In this document: in pieces, positions 1 through 9,925 of the stretch
How positions within the stretch are numbered: position 1 is the stretch's first letter
Layout of the letters: each line of letters starts with the position of its first letter
Assembly: GCA_963708025.1 (NCBI GenBank)
Contig: CAVPSB010000018.1
Coordinates: 1-64,000, forward strand
DNA length: 64,000 nucleotides
Source of the DNA: an uncultured Candidatus Rokubacteria bacterium
GTDB taxonomy: Bacteria > Methylomirabilota > Methylomirabilia > Rokubacteriales > DASRDR01
Direction: 5' to 3'
Made by a program: the position numbers and the translations under genes
The notes under the pieces: model-generated
Told to the model about the DNA's origin: nothing
What the model saw: the letters and a program-made list of their open reading frames with translations, nothing else
The model's database searches: none

Positions 1-87
1 TCCACGCCCGGCATGGCGGCGGTTGCCCGACTCCGCCCCGAGGGTCTTCCTCGGGGCGGTCGCGTCTCCGGCGCCGCCCCTCCCTGA

Positions 88-1032
88 ATGCGCCGCTACG
101 TCGCGCGCCGCCTGATCGCGTTCGCCGCGACCCTCTTCCTGGTGTCGGTCCTGGTCTTCGTGGTGGTGCGGGTGCTGCCCGGGGATCCGGCCCTCCTCAT
201 CATGGGCACCGAGGCCAGCCCGGAAGCGGCCGCGGCGCTGCGGACGGCGATGGGCCTCGACCGCCCGCTTCCCGTCCAGTACGCCGAGTGGGTGCAGCGG
301 GCCCTGCAGGGCGATCTGGGGCGCTCCATCCAGTACGACGTGGCGGTGGGCGCCCTGATCGTGAGCCGGCTCCGGGTGACCCTGCCCCTGACCGTTCTCG
401 CCGCTCTCTTCATGACGGCGGTCGCGCTGCCGCTGGGCCTCTACGCGGCGACGCACCACCGGCGGCTCGGCGACTACGTGGCGATGATCGTCTCCCAGCT
501 CGGGATCGCGGTCCCGTCGTTCTGGGCCGGCCTCCTGCTGATCCTGTTCTTCGCGGTGCGCCTCGGGTGGGTCCAGGCGGGCGGCTTCGCCGGCTGGGAG
601 GCCGGAGTGGGGCCGGCGTTGCGGTCGCTGCTCCTGCCGGCCCTGGCGCTGGGGGTGATCCAGGCCGCGATCCTCACCCGGACCACCCGCGCCGCGGTGC
701 TCGAGGTCCTGCACGCCGAGCACGTGCGGACCGCGCGGGCGAAGGGGCTCCCCGAGCGCACGGTGACGTGGAAGCACGTCTTGCGGAATGCCCTGGTCAC
801 CATCGTCACCATCATGGGGCTCCAGCTCGGCCAGCTCCTGGCCGGCAGCATCGTGCTGGAGAACGTCTTCTACCTGCCCGGCCTGGGGCGCCTCGCGCTC
901 GCCGCCATCAGTGCCCGCGACCTGCCCGTCGTCCAGGGGGTGGGACTCTTCGTCGCCGCCACGATCGTGACTCTGAACTTCGCCGTGGATCTCGTGTATG
1001 GCTGGCTCGATCCCCGCATCCGCTATGAGTAG
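88..1032 (+). CDS. Peptide/nickel ABC transporter permease (DppB/OppB family)
   Basis: PGDPA N-terminal motif, GDLGRS, EAA loop 'RTARAKGL', C-terminal 'DPRIR'. Confidence 0.92.
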   Translation: MRRYVARRLIAFAATLFLVSVLVFVVVRVLPGDPALLIMGTEASPEAAAALRTAMGLDRPLPVQYAEWVQRALQGDLGRSIQYDVAVGALIVSRLRVTLPLTVLAALFMTAVALPLGLYAATHHRRLGDYVAMIVSQLGIAVPSFWAGLLLILFFAVRLGWVQAGGFAGWEAGVGPALRSLLLPALALGVIQAAILTRTTRAAVLEVLHAEHVRTARAKGLPERTVTWKHVLRNALVTIVTIMGLQLGQLLAGSIVLENVFYLPGLGRLALAAISARDLPVVQGVGLFVAATIVTLNFAVDLVYGWLDPRIRYE

Positions 1033-1034
1033 GC

Positions 1035-1426
1035 GGCGGGGCCGATGAGCGTCGCAACGTTCATCCCGGTCGGGACGCGCTCGGCCTGCGGCCTCACGTC
1101 CGTCCCGACCTATGGTCGTCCTCGGTCGTCGCCGATCCTCGGCGTACTGCCCCAATCGGCGATTATCCGGTGCGGGCTGCACCCTCTTTTCCCTCTCCCC
1201 TCTGGGGGAGAGGGTGAGGGTGAGGGGGAAGCCATGCCCTCCTATCAACCTCACCCCGACCCTCTCCCTGGAAGGGAGAGGGAGCGGAGCAGGAGCGGCT
1301 CTCGGACCGCTGATGAAGGTGCTGTATTCGCCGTTTAGGGCTAGGAGTACGCCTGCGGTCGGCGACTCCCTGCGTCGTTCGGACGGCCTTCGGCCTTTGG
1401 GCGCTGCTCGCTCCTCGGCCCCGCCC
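1035..1426. repeat. ~200-bp palindromic intergenic repeat (MITE-like), copy 1, interrupted by a nested insert
   Basis: Ends GGCGGGGCCGAtGAGCG...CGCTCCTCGGCCCCGCC; near-identical to 15518-15717 apart from the insert at 1149-1341. Confidence 0.85.
1149..1341. mobile_element. Nested MITE-like insert with REP-like hairpins
   Basis: Imperfect 14-bp inverted ends GCCCCAATCGGCGA / TCGCCGTTTAGGGC; internal CCCTCTCCC..GGGAGAGGG palindromes; absent from the second copy of the host repeat. Confidence 0.65.
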
Positions 1427-1491
1427 AAAAGTGACGGTCGTGGACTCATGTCCATCGCCAGGACGATTCGGCAGAAAAGTATGGAGGCGGG

Positions 1492-2319
1492 GTGAGTAGG
1501 CGGTGGGGGCGCGCCCTCCGGCACGGCACCCTCGTGCTCGGCACGGCGATGACGGCGGCCATCGTCCTGGTGGCCCTGCTGTCGCTCGTTTACACGCCGC
1601 GCGACCCGCTCCAGATGGACATCGCGGCCCGGCTCCAGCCCCCTTCCGTCGCGCACCCGCTGGGCACCGACCAGTTCGGCCGCGACCTTCTCGCGCGCGT
1701 CATGCGCGGGGCGGCATCATCGCTGCTGGTCGGTGGCATCTCGGTCGGCATCGCCCTGGGCGTCGGGGTGTCGCTCGGGGTGCTGGCCGGCTACGTCGGC
1801 GGCTGGCTCGACGAGGCGCTGATGCGGCTGATGGACGCGCTCTACGGCTTTCCGCCCGTGCTCTCGGCGCTCCTCATCGCGGCCGTGTTCGGTCCCGGCA
1901 TCGCGATGAGCATGGTCGCGGTGGGAGCGGCCTCGACCCCGATCTTCGCCCGGCTGACCCGGGGGAGCTTCCTGGCTCTCCGGGAGCGCGAGTTCGTGGT
2001 GGCCGCCCGGGCCCTCGGTGCCGGCGACGGCGCCATCATCGGCCGTCACATCCTGCCCAACACCCTCTCGCCGCTGATCGTCCAGGCCACCATCACGTTC
2101 CCGGTCGCCATCCTGGCCGAGGCCGCGCTCTCGTACCTCGGGCTCGGGACCCAGCCACCGCAGCCCTCGTGGGGCCTGATGCTCAGGGACGCCCAGAACT
2201 TCCTCGCGCTCTCCCCGTGGTTCGCGCTTTTCCCGGGCTCGGCGATCGCGGTCGCCGTCCTGGGGTTCAACCTCCTCGGCGATGGGTTGCGGGACGTTCT
2301 CGATCCCCGGTCATCGTGA
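1492..2319 (+). CDS. Peptide ABC transporter permease (DppC/OppC family)
   Basis: HPLGTDQFGRD motif, EAA loop, HILPN, LSYLGLG; GGAGG RBS before GTG. Confidence 0.92.
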   Translation: MSRRWGRALRHGTLVLGTAMTAAIVLVALLSLVYTPRDPLQMDIAARLQPPSVAHPLGTDQFGRDLLARVMRGAASSLLVGGISVGIALGVGVSLGVLAGYVGGWLDEALMRLMDALYGFPPVLSALLIAAVFGPGIAMSMVAVGAASTPIFARLTRGSFLALREREFVVAARALGAGDGAIIGRHILPNTLSPLIVQATITFPVAILAEAALSYLGLGTQPPQPSWGLMLRDAQNFLALSPWFALFPGSAIAVAVLGFNLLGDGLRDVLDPRSS

Positions 2320-2487
2320 GGGCGCCATCGGCGGCCGCGCCTCACAGGGAGACATGGCATGACCGTCGGCCTCCTTCTCTACTCGTACAGCCATCCGGCG
2401 CTCGAGCGAGTCGGCATGATGGTCGGAGGACCACGTCGATGTAGAATGGGCGGGCCCGCTGGCGTGGACTCGCGGGGGGAGGGGTCG

Positions 2488-2943
2488 ATGGCCGAGGAGT
2501 GGGCCAAGGTCGTGGCCAAGAAGGTGGAAGGCCGTGTCGCCGAAGAGGCGGAGCGGATCGTGACCCGGCGCAAGCGCTACGATGAGGGCGTCGAGCGGTT
2601 CCGCAAGCAGCTCCTGGATCTCGTCGGCACGGTGAACGCGAACATCGGGACCGAGGCCAACCGCATCCAGGTGATCGTCCTCGACAACGGGCTGCTCCTG
2701 GCCGCGGCCTACAAGCGCCTCGTGAGCGTCGAGGAGATCGGGCCGACCGAAGGGGTCCCGGCCTCGGTCGGGAAGATCGTGCTCGAGCGGGAGGACCGGA
2801 AGGCGGCGACGCCGCCCGAGCCCGAGGAGATCTTCATCACCTCGTCGGGGACCCAGACGACCTTCTACAAGCGGCCCGCGGGCCAGCTCAAGATCATGGG
2901 GGAGCCCGACTTCAAGCAGATGGTCGAGTACTTCGCCGGCTGA
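2488..2943 (+). CDS. Hypothetical protein
   Basis: GGAGG RBS + ATG (MAEEWAKVV); host-like codon usage; no recognised family. Confidence 0.75.
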   Translation: MAEEWAKVVAKKVEGRVAEEAERIVTRRKRYDEGVERFRKQLLDLVGTVNANIGTEANRIQVIVLDNGLLLAAAYKRLVSVEEIGPTEGVPASVGKIVLEREDRKAATPPEPEEIFITSSGTQTTFYKRPAGQLKIMGEPDFKQMVEYFAG

Positions 2944-2985
2944 CCCCGGCTGACCCCAGCTGACCCCAGCTGACCCCAGCTGACC
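2939..2985. repeat. 10-bp tandem repeat (GCTGACCCCR) x4 plus partial
   Basis: Directly visible, overlapping the stop codon at 2943. Confidence 0.85.
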
Positions 2986-3022
2986 AAGGTCCGGGAGGGG
3001 AGCGCAGCCCCCCTCCCGTCGA

Positions 3023-3811
3023 TCAGAGATTCTTGCGCATCTTGAGGAAGAGCTGGCGGGTCCCCGGGTCGTCGAGGTCCGACACCATCACGTAGGCGTA
3101 TTCCCCCTGCTTCCAGTAGACCACGTTGAAGCCGTCGACCTCGCGCATGTAGGGCCGGTACTGCTCGATCTGGACGCGGCGCTCGGTCGGCATCGGCAGA
3201 TCCCGACCGGGGAGCGCGAAGTAGGTCGTGATGAACCAGCCCGGGTCGCGCAGGACCACCGCCGCCGCCTTGCGGTTGGCGATGACGGTCGGCCGTGCCT
3301 GCAAGAGGGTCATTTCCGCGGTGCCCGCGAATGCCCGCGGGAGCTGCACGTCGGTCAGCGAGCGGACCTGGGCGAACACCGAATCCGGGTCCGAGACGTC
3401 GGCGGCGAGGGTGTGGAGCTGGAGGAGGATCCGGGTGTGCTCGGCGACGCCCGCCTGCAGGAGCCGCTCGATCGGATCCTCGACGCGACGCCCGCGGAAC
3501 TCGACCCACGGCGCCAGGACGGCCGCCACCAGGACGGCCGCCAGCGCCGCCGCCACCCAGGGGCGGCGGAGCCAGCCGGCGATTCCACCTCGCTGCGGCC
3601 GATCGAGCAGGCGGACCGCCCGGGCCAGCCCGGCCGGCGCCGGGCTGCGGGGCAGCGTCCGGATGAGGGTGCTGACGGCGTCCGCGCCCTCTCGCAGGCG
3701 CCGGCAGGACGGGCAGCCCCGGAGGTGGGCCTCCATCGCGGCGGCCACCCCGGGGTCCAGCTCGCCCCGGCGATACTCCTCGAGGACGTCCCAGGCGTCG
3801 TGGCAGTCCAC
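3023..3811 (-). CDS. Zinc-binding (ZAS) transmembrane anti-sigma factor
   Basis: N-terminal HLxxCxxC, one TM segment, directly downstream of an ECF sigma. Confidence 0.88.
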   Translation of the reverse strand: MDCHDAWDVLEEYRRGELDPGVAAAMEAHLRGCPSCRRLREGADAVSTLIRTLPRSPAPAGLARAVRLLDRPQRGGIAGWLRRPWVAAALAAVLVAAVLAPWVEFRGRRVEDPIERLLQAGVAEHTRILLQLHTLAADVSDPDSVFAQVRSLTDVQLPRAFAGTAEMTLLQARPTVIANRKAAAVVLRDPGWFITTYFALPGRDLPMPTERRVQIEQYRPYMREVDGFNVVYWKQGEYAYVMVSDLDDPGTRQLFLKMRKNL

Positions 3812-3812
3812 G

Positions 3813-4325
3813 TCAGCCTGCCCGGTAGTCGGCGAGCCGCCGGCGCATCAGACGGCGGGCGCGGAACAGCCGGGACTTCACCGTCCCGACCGGGGTGTCC
3901 ATGATCCGGGCGATGTCGACGAGCGTGAACCCCTCGAGGTCCGAGAGCAGCAGCACCGAGCGGAACTCCTCGGGCAGCTCGGCGACGGCGCGCTCGAGAT
4001 CCACGACGGCGACGGCCGACGGCGCCGGCCCCTCGGCGTCCCAGCCGTCCTCGTAGCCGTCCGCCCCGTTCTTGTCGAGCACCGCCAGCTCGCGCACCTC
4101 GCGTCGATAGAACGTCAGGAAGGTATTCCTCAGTATCTGAAACAACCAGGCCCGCAAATGCGTTCCCGGCTCGAACCGATGCGCGAATCGGAACGCGCGG
4201 AGGTAGGTCTCCTGGACCAGATCCTGGGCGTCGGCCGGTCGCCGGCTCAGGTAGAGGGCGAAGCCGTACAGCGCGTCCAGGTGGACGAGAGCCTGGTCCC
4301 GGAAGTCGGGGGCCGGCTGAGCCAC
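3813..4325 (-). CDS. ECF-family RNA polymerase sigma factor
   Basis: DAQDLVQETYLRA, AWLFQILRN, GTVKSRLFRAR; GTG start inferred. Confidence 0.9.
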   Translation of the reverse strand: MAQPAPDFRDQALVHLDALYGFALYLSRRPADAQDLVQETYLRAFRFAHRFEPGTHLRAWLFQILRNTFLTFYRREVRELAVLDKNGADGYEDGWDAEGPAPSAVAVVDLERAVAELPEEFRSVLLLSDLEGFTLVDIARIMDTPVGTVKSRLFRARRLMRRRLADYRAG

Positions 4326-4420
4326 GTCATCCGCTCCGTTCCGCCACGCTAACAGAAGGTCCGGCGCCAGACAAGGCGCGCCGCTCCTTTTCTCCCGGGG
4401 GAGGCTGCGGACGCGGCTCC

Positions 4421-4957
4421 CTAGGCGCTCGGCGGGCCGTTCTGGAGGGGGTACGGGAAGATGCCGCGGTGGTCCTCGATCTCGTCGAGTAGCTCCTGGA
4501 TCGAGCGATAGAGCACCGGGTGCTCGACCTCGGGGGCGATCTCGGCGAGGGGCGCGAGGACGAACCGACGCTCGTGGAGCAGCAGATGCGGAATCTGCAG
4601 GTCGTGGTCGCTGAGGACCTGGCTGCCGTACAGGAGGATGTCGATGTCGAGGGTCCGCGACTCGTGGACGCCCGACGGCGTCGCGTCCGGAACCCGTCCG
4701 GCGTGGGCCTCGACCTCCTGGAGGAGCCGGAGCAGTCGTCGTGGCGTCAAGTCGGTCTCGATCTCGACGGCACAGTTCAGGTACCAGCGGGCGCGCTCCA
4801 GCCGCTGCTCCGGCCAGGGCTCGGTCTCGTAGACCTGGGAGCACGTCACCACCCGCACCGCGTGGTGGGCGCCGAGCTCCTGGAGCGCCACCTCCAGGTA
4901 CTGGCGCCGATCCCCGAGGTTCGAGCCGAGGGACAGGAACACGCGCGCCATGGCCAT
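4421..4957 (-). CDS. folK: 2-amino-4-hydroxy-6-hydroxymethyldihydropteridine pyrophosphokinase
   Basis: LSLGSNLGDR, RTLDIDIL, IPH...ERRFVLAPLAEI; start overlaps folB stop. Confidence 0.95.
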   Translation of the reverse strand: MAMARVFLSLGSNLGDRRQYLEVALQELGAHHAVRVVTCSQVYETEPWPEQRLERARWYLNCAVEIETDLTPRRLLRLLQEVEAHAGRVPDATPSGVHESRTLDIDILLYGSQVLSDHDLQIPHLLLHERRFVLAPLAEIAPEVEHPVLYRSIQELLDEIEDHRGIFPYPLQNGPPSA

Positions 4958-5343
4958 CAACGGCTCCGCTTCATCTGGACCCCCGGCAGCGCCGCCACGC
5001 CGTCGAGCGGCGGCGTCACCTTGCGGACCCGGACGGTGACCTCGCGGGCCGGGTACTCCCGCAGCAGCGCCTCCGTGAGGAGCCCCGCCAGCCGCTCGAT
5101 CAGCCGGACCCGCTGCTCGGTGGCGAGCCCCACCACCCGCCGGACCACTTGCCCGTAATCGACCGTCGCCCCGAGGTCGTCCGACAGCGCGGCCGGGGTG
5201 AGGTCGAGGGCCAGCTCCACGTCCACCGAAAACCAGGCGCCGACTTCCTGCTCGGCCTCGGTCGCGCCGTGGTGGCCGTAGAAGCGGATGTCCTCGACGA
5301 AAAGTATATCAGACGGCCCGCGGGACGGCCGGACCGGGCTCAT
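4957..5343 (-). CDS. folB: Dihydroneopterin aldolase
   Basis: FYGHHG...EQEVG, TVDYG, LIERLA, VRVRK; adjacent to folK. Confidence 0.93.
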   Translation of the reverse strand: MSPVRPSRGPSDILFVEDIRFYGHHGATEAEQEVGAWFSVDVELALDLTPAALSDDLGATVDYGQVVRRVVGLATEQRVRLIERLAGLLTEALLREYPAREVTVRVRKVTPPLDGVAALPGVQMKRSR

Positions 5344-5362
5344 TGTTCGTTCGTCAGGGGGG

Positions 5363-5637
5363 GAGTCCCAACCACTCCCCCCCTGGACCCCCCGACCTGG
5401 GGGTGACGGGCACTCGCACCGCCGGGCCATCTGCGTCACGAGCCAGGTCGATCCGAGTCCCGACCACTCCCCCCCTGGACCCCCCCACCTGGGGGTGACG
5501 GGAACCCGCATCGCCGGGCCATCTGCGTCACGAGCCAGGTCGATCCGAGTCCCAACCACCGGATCGCCGGGACGCCTCGGTGCGTCCCGCCTCTCCGGCG
5601 GTCGCCCCCTGGACCCGCCCACCTGGGGGTCGCCCGG
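5363..5637. repeat. 92-bp tandem repeat (2 full units + partial) with C/G-run motif
   Basis: Units start at 5363, 5455, 5547; motif CCCCCTGGACCC..ACCTGGGGGT occurs three times. Confidence 0.85.
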
Positions 5638-5659
5638 CCACGGTTCTCCTGGTCAAGCC

Positions 5660-6832
5660 TCAGAGCGCGAGGCGGGCGAGGCGGTCCAGCGCCTCGGCGA
5701 TCCGGGCCTTGTCCACCGTCAGCGCGATCCGGTAGAAGCCCTCGCCGGACGGCCCGAAGCCGACCCCGGGGGTCACGACGACGCCGGCCTCCTGGAGGAG
5801 GCGCGAGGCCCATTTCCGCGAGTCCGAGCCGTCGGGCACCGGCGCCCACACGAAGAAGGTGGCCCGCGGCGGCGTGACCGGGAGGCCGAGCTTGCGGAGG
5901 CCGTCGACGACGAGGTCGCGCCGCTCCTGGTAGATCGCCCGGGCCTGGGCCGCGTAGTCCTGGGGCCCGGTCAGCGCGGCGATCCCCGCCTCCTGGACCG
6001 CCTGGAACACGCCGGAGTCGACGTTGGTCTTGACCTGGCCGAGGCCCTTGATCACCTCGCGGTTGCCCACGACGAAGCCGAGCCGCCAGCCGGTCATCGA
6101 GTACGTCTTCGAGCACGAGTGGAACTCGACGCCGACCTCCTTCGCCCCCGGCGTCTGGAGGAACGAGGGCGGCTCGTAGCCGTCGAACCGCAGCTCCGAG
6201 TACATGGCGTCGTGACAGACGATGACGTCGCGGCGCCGGGCGAACTCCACCACGCGCTCGAAGAACTCGCGGGTGGCGACGGCCGCCGTGGGGTTGTTCG
6301 GGTAGTTGAGGAACAGCATCTTCGCTCGCCGCAGCGACTCGGCCGGGATGGCGTCGAGGTCGGGAAGGAACTGGCGCTCGGCCCGCAGGGGGAGGAAGCA
6401 GGGCTCGCCGCCCGCGAACCAGGTGCCGGCCGCGTAGACCGGATAGCCCGGGTCCGGCACCAGGACGACGTCACCCGGGTTCACGAAGGCCAGCGGGATG
6501 TGAGCGGTTCCTTCCTTCGAGCCGATGAGGGTCAGCACCTCGGTCGCCGGGTCGAGGCTCACGCCGAACCGGTTCTGGTACCAGGCCGCGGCCGCCTGGC
6601 GAAACGTCAGGAGGCCTTCGTAATCCGGGTACCGATGGTTCTTCGGCTCCCGGGCGGCCCGGGCCAGCGCCTCGATGACGTGGGCGGGCGTCGGCAGATC
6701 GGGATCCCCGATTCCGAGGTCGACGAGATCCGCGCCGCGCGCTCGCGCTTCCTTCTTCTGGCGGTCGATCTCGGCGAACAGATACGGGGGCAGCTTCTTG
6801 AGCCGCTCAGCCAGCTCCACGCGAATGCTCAC
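5660..6832 (-). CDS. dapL: LL-diaminopimelate aminotransferase (class I/II PLP)
   Basis: LPPYLFAEID, GIGDPD, NYPNNPT, SKTYSMTGWRLG; within dap cluster. Confidence 0.88.
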   Translation of the reverse strand: MSIRVELAERLKKLPPYLFAEIDRQKKEARARGADLVDLGIGDPDLPTPAHVIEALARAAREPKNHRYPDYEGLLTFRQAAAAWYQNRFGVSLDPATEVLTLIGSKEGTAHIPLAFVNPGDVVLVPDPGYPVYAAGTWFAGGEPCFLPLRAERQFLPDLDAIPAESLRRAKMLFLNYPNNPTAAVATREFFERVVEFARRRDVIVCHDAMYSELRFDGYEPPSFLQTPGAKEVGVEFHSCSKTYSMTGWRLGFVVGNREVIKGLGQVKTNVDSGVFQAVQEAGIAALTGPQDYAAQARAIYQERRDLVVDGLRKLGLPVTPPRATFFVWAPVPDGSDSRKWASRLLQEAGVVVTPGVGFGPSGEGFYRIALTVDKARIAEALDRLARLAL

Positions 6833-6863
6833 GCTCGGCTCCTCTCCGGCGGGTCCGGTATGA

Positions 6864-7664
6864 CTAGATTCCCAGCACGTCGTGCATCGAGTACAGCCCC
6901 GGCCCGGCCCCGGCCACGAAGCGGATGGCGCGGAGCGCGCCCTGGGCGAAGGTGTCGCGGCTGTGGGCGCGGTGGGTCAGCTCGAGCCGCTCGCCGAGCG
7001 TCGAGAACACCACGGTGTGCTCGCCAGCGATGTCGCCGCCGCGCAGCGCGTGGACCCCGATCTCCTTCGCCCCGCGCTCCCCGACGATGCCGTGACGCCC
7101 GTAGACGCCGACCTGCCCGAGGTCGCGCCCGAGCGCCTCGGCGATGACCTCGGCCATCTTCGCCGCGGTGCCGCTGGGAGCGTCCTTCTTCATCCGGTGA
7201 TGGATCTCGGTGATCTCCACGTCGTACTCGTCGCCGAGGGCGCGGGCCATGAGCGCCAGCACGCGGAAGGCCAGGTTCACGCCCACGCTCATGTTCGGCG
7301 AGAACATCACCGCGGTCCGGCCGGCCAGGCGCTTCAGCTCCTCGACCTGGCCCGGGCTGAGCCCGGTGGTGCCGATGACTGCGCGGGCGCCCTGGGCGGC
7401 GGCGACGCGCAGGTGCTCCAGGGTCGCCTCCGGCGTGGTGAACTCGACGAGGACCCGGTCGCGGGTGAGGACGGCGGCGGGATCGGCGGTCACCGGCACG
7501 CCGATCGTCCCTACGCCCGCCAGCTCGCCGGCGTCCCGGCCCAGGGCGGGATGACCGAGCCGCTCCAGCGCGGCGACCACCCGGAGGTCCGCGCTTTCCC
7601 GGGCGAGGGCGATGATGCGGCCACCCATGCGCCCGGCAGCGCCAGCGACAACGAGATCCACCAT
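6864..7664 (-). CDS. dapB: 4-hydroxy-tetrahydrodipicolinate reductase
   Basis: GAAGRMG, EIHHRMKKDAPSGTA, HRAHSRDTFA. Confidence 0.97.
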   Translation of the reverse strand: MVDLVVAGAAGRMGGRIIALARESADLRVVAALERLGHPALGRDAGELAGVGTIGVPVTADPAAVLTRDRVLVEFTTPEATLEHLRVAAAQGARAVIGTTGLSPGQVEELKRLAGRTAVMFSPNMSVGVNLAFRVLALMARALGDEYDVEITEIHHRMKKDAPSGTAAKMAEVIAEALGRDLGQVGVYGRHGIVGERGAKEIGVHALRGGDIAGEHTVVFSTLGERLELTHRAHSRDTFAQGALRAIRFVAGAGPGLYSMHDVLGI

Positions 7665-7709
7665 GGCAAGACCCAGCGGGGAAGGAGGCGCGCGGGGTAT
7701 CGGCCCAGG

Positions 7710-8603
7710 CTAGCCCTTCAAGATGCCGGCTTGGACGAGCACCTTCCGGAGGCGGTCCCGGTTGGCGTCGCTCATCGGGCACATCGGCAGCCGCCACTCG
7801 GCCCGGATCATGCCCACCATCGCCATCGCTTCCTTGATCGGGATGGGGTTCGTCTCCATGAACATCGCCCGGCAGATCGGGAACAGCTTCCAGTGCACCT
7901 CGCGGGCACGCTTCCAGTCGCCGTCGAGGGCGGCGTGGGTGAGCTCGGCCACCTCCCGGGGCAGGAGGTTCGCCAGCACCGAGATGACGCCCTTCCCGCC
8001 CACCGCCATCAGCGGCAGGGTCAGGCTGTCGTCCCCCGAGACCACGCTGAAGTCGGGCCCGCAGGCCAGGATCACCGAGGTCATCTGGTCCAGGCTGCCC
8101 GAGGCCTCTTTCACACCGACGATGTTGGGGATCTGGGCCAGCCGCGCCACCGTGTCGGTCTCGATGTTGACGGCGGTCCGGCTCTGGATGTTGTAGAGGA
8201 TCAGCGGCAGCCCGGGCGCCGCCGCGGCGATCGCCGCGAAGTGCTCGTAGAGGCCCTGCTGGGTCGGCTTGTTGTAGTACGGGGAGACCAGGAGGGCGCC
8301 GTCGGCGCCGGCCTTCGCCGCGTGAACGGTCATGTCGATCGCCTCGGCCGTGGAGTTCGAGCCGGTCCCGGCGATGACGGGAATGCGGCGGGCGGCGGTC
8401 TCGATGACGATCTCGACGACGCGCTTGTGCTCGGCGTGGGAGAGCGTCGGCGACTCGCCGGTCGTCCCGCAGGGGATCAGTCCGTCAGTGCCGTTCTTGA
8501 CGTGGAACTCGACCAGCTCGCGGAGCGCCACCTCGTCGACCGCGCCGTTGCGAAACGGGGTGACCATGGCGACCAGAGAGCCCTGAAAGGTCCGTCGCAT
8601 CAT
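7710..8603 (-). CDS. dapA: 4-hydroxy-tetrahydrodipicolinate synthase
   Basis: GTTGESPTL, PYYNKP, YNI..RT, GVKEASG. Confidence 0.97.
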   Translation of the reverse strand: MMRRTFQGSLVAMVTPFRNGAVDEVALRELVEFHVKNGTDGLIPCGTTGESPTLSHAEHKRVVEIVIETAARRIPVIAGTGSNSTAEAIDMTVHAAKAGADGALLVSPYYNKPTQQGLYEHFAAIAAAAPGLPLILYNIQSRTAVNIETDTVARLAQIPNIVGVKEASGSLDQMTSVILACGPDFSVVSGDDSLTLPLMAVGGKGVISVLANLLPREVAELTHAALDGDWKRAREVHWKLFPICRAMFMETNPIPIKEAMAMVGMIRAEWRLPMCPMSDANRDRLRKVLVQAGILKG

Positions 8604-9868
8604 CCTTCCTCCTTCTCGGTCCACGTGCTCTCGCCGGCGATCATCGCCTCGTAGCTCTCGCGGCGCCGCACGACCTGGAACCGGTCGCCCTGGACCAGCA
8701 CCTCGGCCGCGCGGGGCCGGGCGTTGTAGTTCGACGCCATGACGAAGCCGTAGGCCCCCGCCGACCGGACGGCCAGGAGCTCACCCGCGGCCACCGGCGG
8801 CAGGGGACGCTCCTTGGCCAGGAAGTCGGCCGATTCGCACACCGGACCGACGACGTCCACGACCTCGGGGACCGCCCCCGCGGCCGGCTCGGCGACCGGC
8901 TGGATGTCGTGGTGCGCGTTGTAGAGCGCGGGCCGGATCAGGTCGTTCATCGCCGCGTCTACGATCACGAAGCGCCGCCCGTCGGTCTGCTTACGATAGA
9001 GGACGCGCGTCAGGAGCGCTCCGGCGTTCCCCACGATGGAGCGGCCGGGCTCGAGCAGCACCGTGAGCGAGAGCCGGTCGAGCAGGGGCTTGAGGGCCCG
9101 CACGTAGTCCCCGGGGCCGGGCGGGGTCTCGTCGCGGTACCGGATCCCGAGCCCACCCCCGACGTCGAGGTACCGGAGATGGATGCCCTCCTGGCGGAGA
9201 CCCTCCACCAGGTCGGCCACGCGGCCCAGGGAGTCGGCGATCGGCGTCACCTTGGTGAGCTGCGACCCGATGTGCATGTGCACGCCGACGATCTCGATGC
9301 CGGCCAGCCCGGCCGCCCGGAGGTAGACCTCGCGGGCGTCCCGGTAGGCGATCCCGAACTTCGAGGTCTTGAGCCCGGTGGCGATGTAGGGGTGCGTCTG
9401 GGGATCGATGTCCGGGTTCACGCGGACGCCGATGCGCGCCCGCACGCCCTCGGCCCGCGCGATGCCGTCGATGGCCGCGAGCTCGGCGGCGGACTCCACG
9501 TGGAAGCTGAAAATGTCGGCCTCGAGGCCCTCCCGGATCTCCTCGGCCGTCTTCCCGGGGCCCGCGAACACGATCCGCTGGGGCTCGAACCCGGCGCGCA
9601 GGGCACGGTACAGCTCGCCCCCCGAGGTCACGTCGGCGCCGGCCCCGGCCCGGGCCAGGAGCCCGAGGACCCCGAGGTTCATGTTCGCCTTCACGGCGTA
9701 GCAGGAGAGGTGCGGCAGTTCCGCCAGGGCGCGGTCGTACGCCTCGAAGGCGCTCAGGATGGCGCTGCCCGAGTAGACGTAGGTGGGGGTGCCGACGGCC
9801 TCGGCGATCGCGTCGAGGGGCGTCGCTTCGCAGTGGAGCTGTCCGTCGTGATAGAAGAAGGCGTTCAT
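8600..9868 (-). CDS. lysA: Diaminopimelate decarboxylase
   Basis: YAVKAN, SKFG, HIGSQ, EPGR, GPVCESAD, MASNYN. Confidence 0.97.
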   Translation of the reverse strand: MNAFFYHDGQLHCEATPLDAIAEAVGTPTYVYSGSAILSAFEAYDRALAELPHLSCYAVKANMNLGVLGLLARAGAGADVTSGGELYRALRAGFEPQRIVFAGPGKTAEEIREGLEADIFSFHVESAAELAAIDGIARAEGVRARIGVRVNPDIDPQTHPYIATGLKTSKFGIAYRDAREVYLRAAGLAGIEIVGVHMHIGSQLTKVTPIADSLGRVADLVEGLRQEGIHLRYLDVGGGLGIRYRDETPPGPGDYVRALKPLLDRLSLTVLLEPGRSIVGNAGALLTRVLYRKQTDGRRFVIVDAAMNDLIRPALYNAHHDIQPVAEPAAGAVPEVVDVVGPVCESADFLAKERPLPPVAAGELLAVRSAGAYGFVMASNYNARPRAAEVLVQGDRFQVVRRRESYEAMIAGESTWTEKEEG

Positions 9869-9925
9869 GGCCCAGTTTGGAGCGACGGTAGCATGCGGGT
9901 CACCCCAAATCAAGCCGCGGGCAGG

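Noticed and set aside
5363-5637. CRISPR array
   Set aside because: Whole 92-bp units repeat, with no unique spacers and no cas genes
5660-9868. Missing dapF as a pathway novelty
   Set aside because: dapF may simply lie elsewhere in the genome; this cannot be judged from one window
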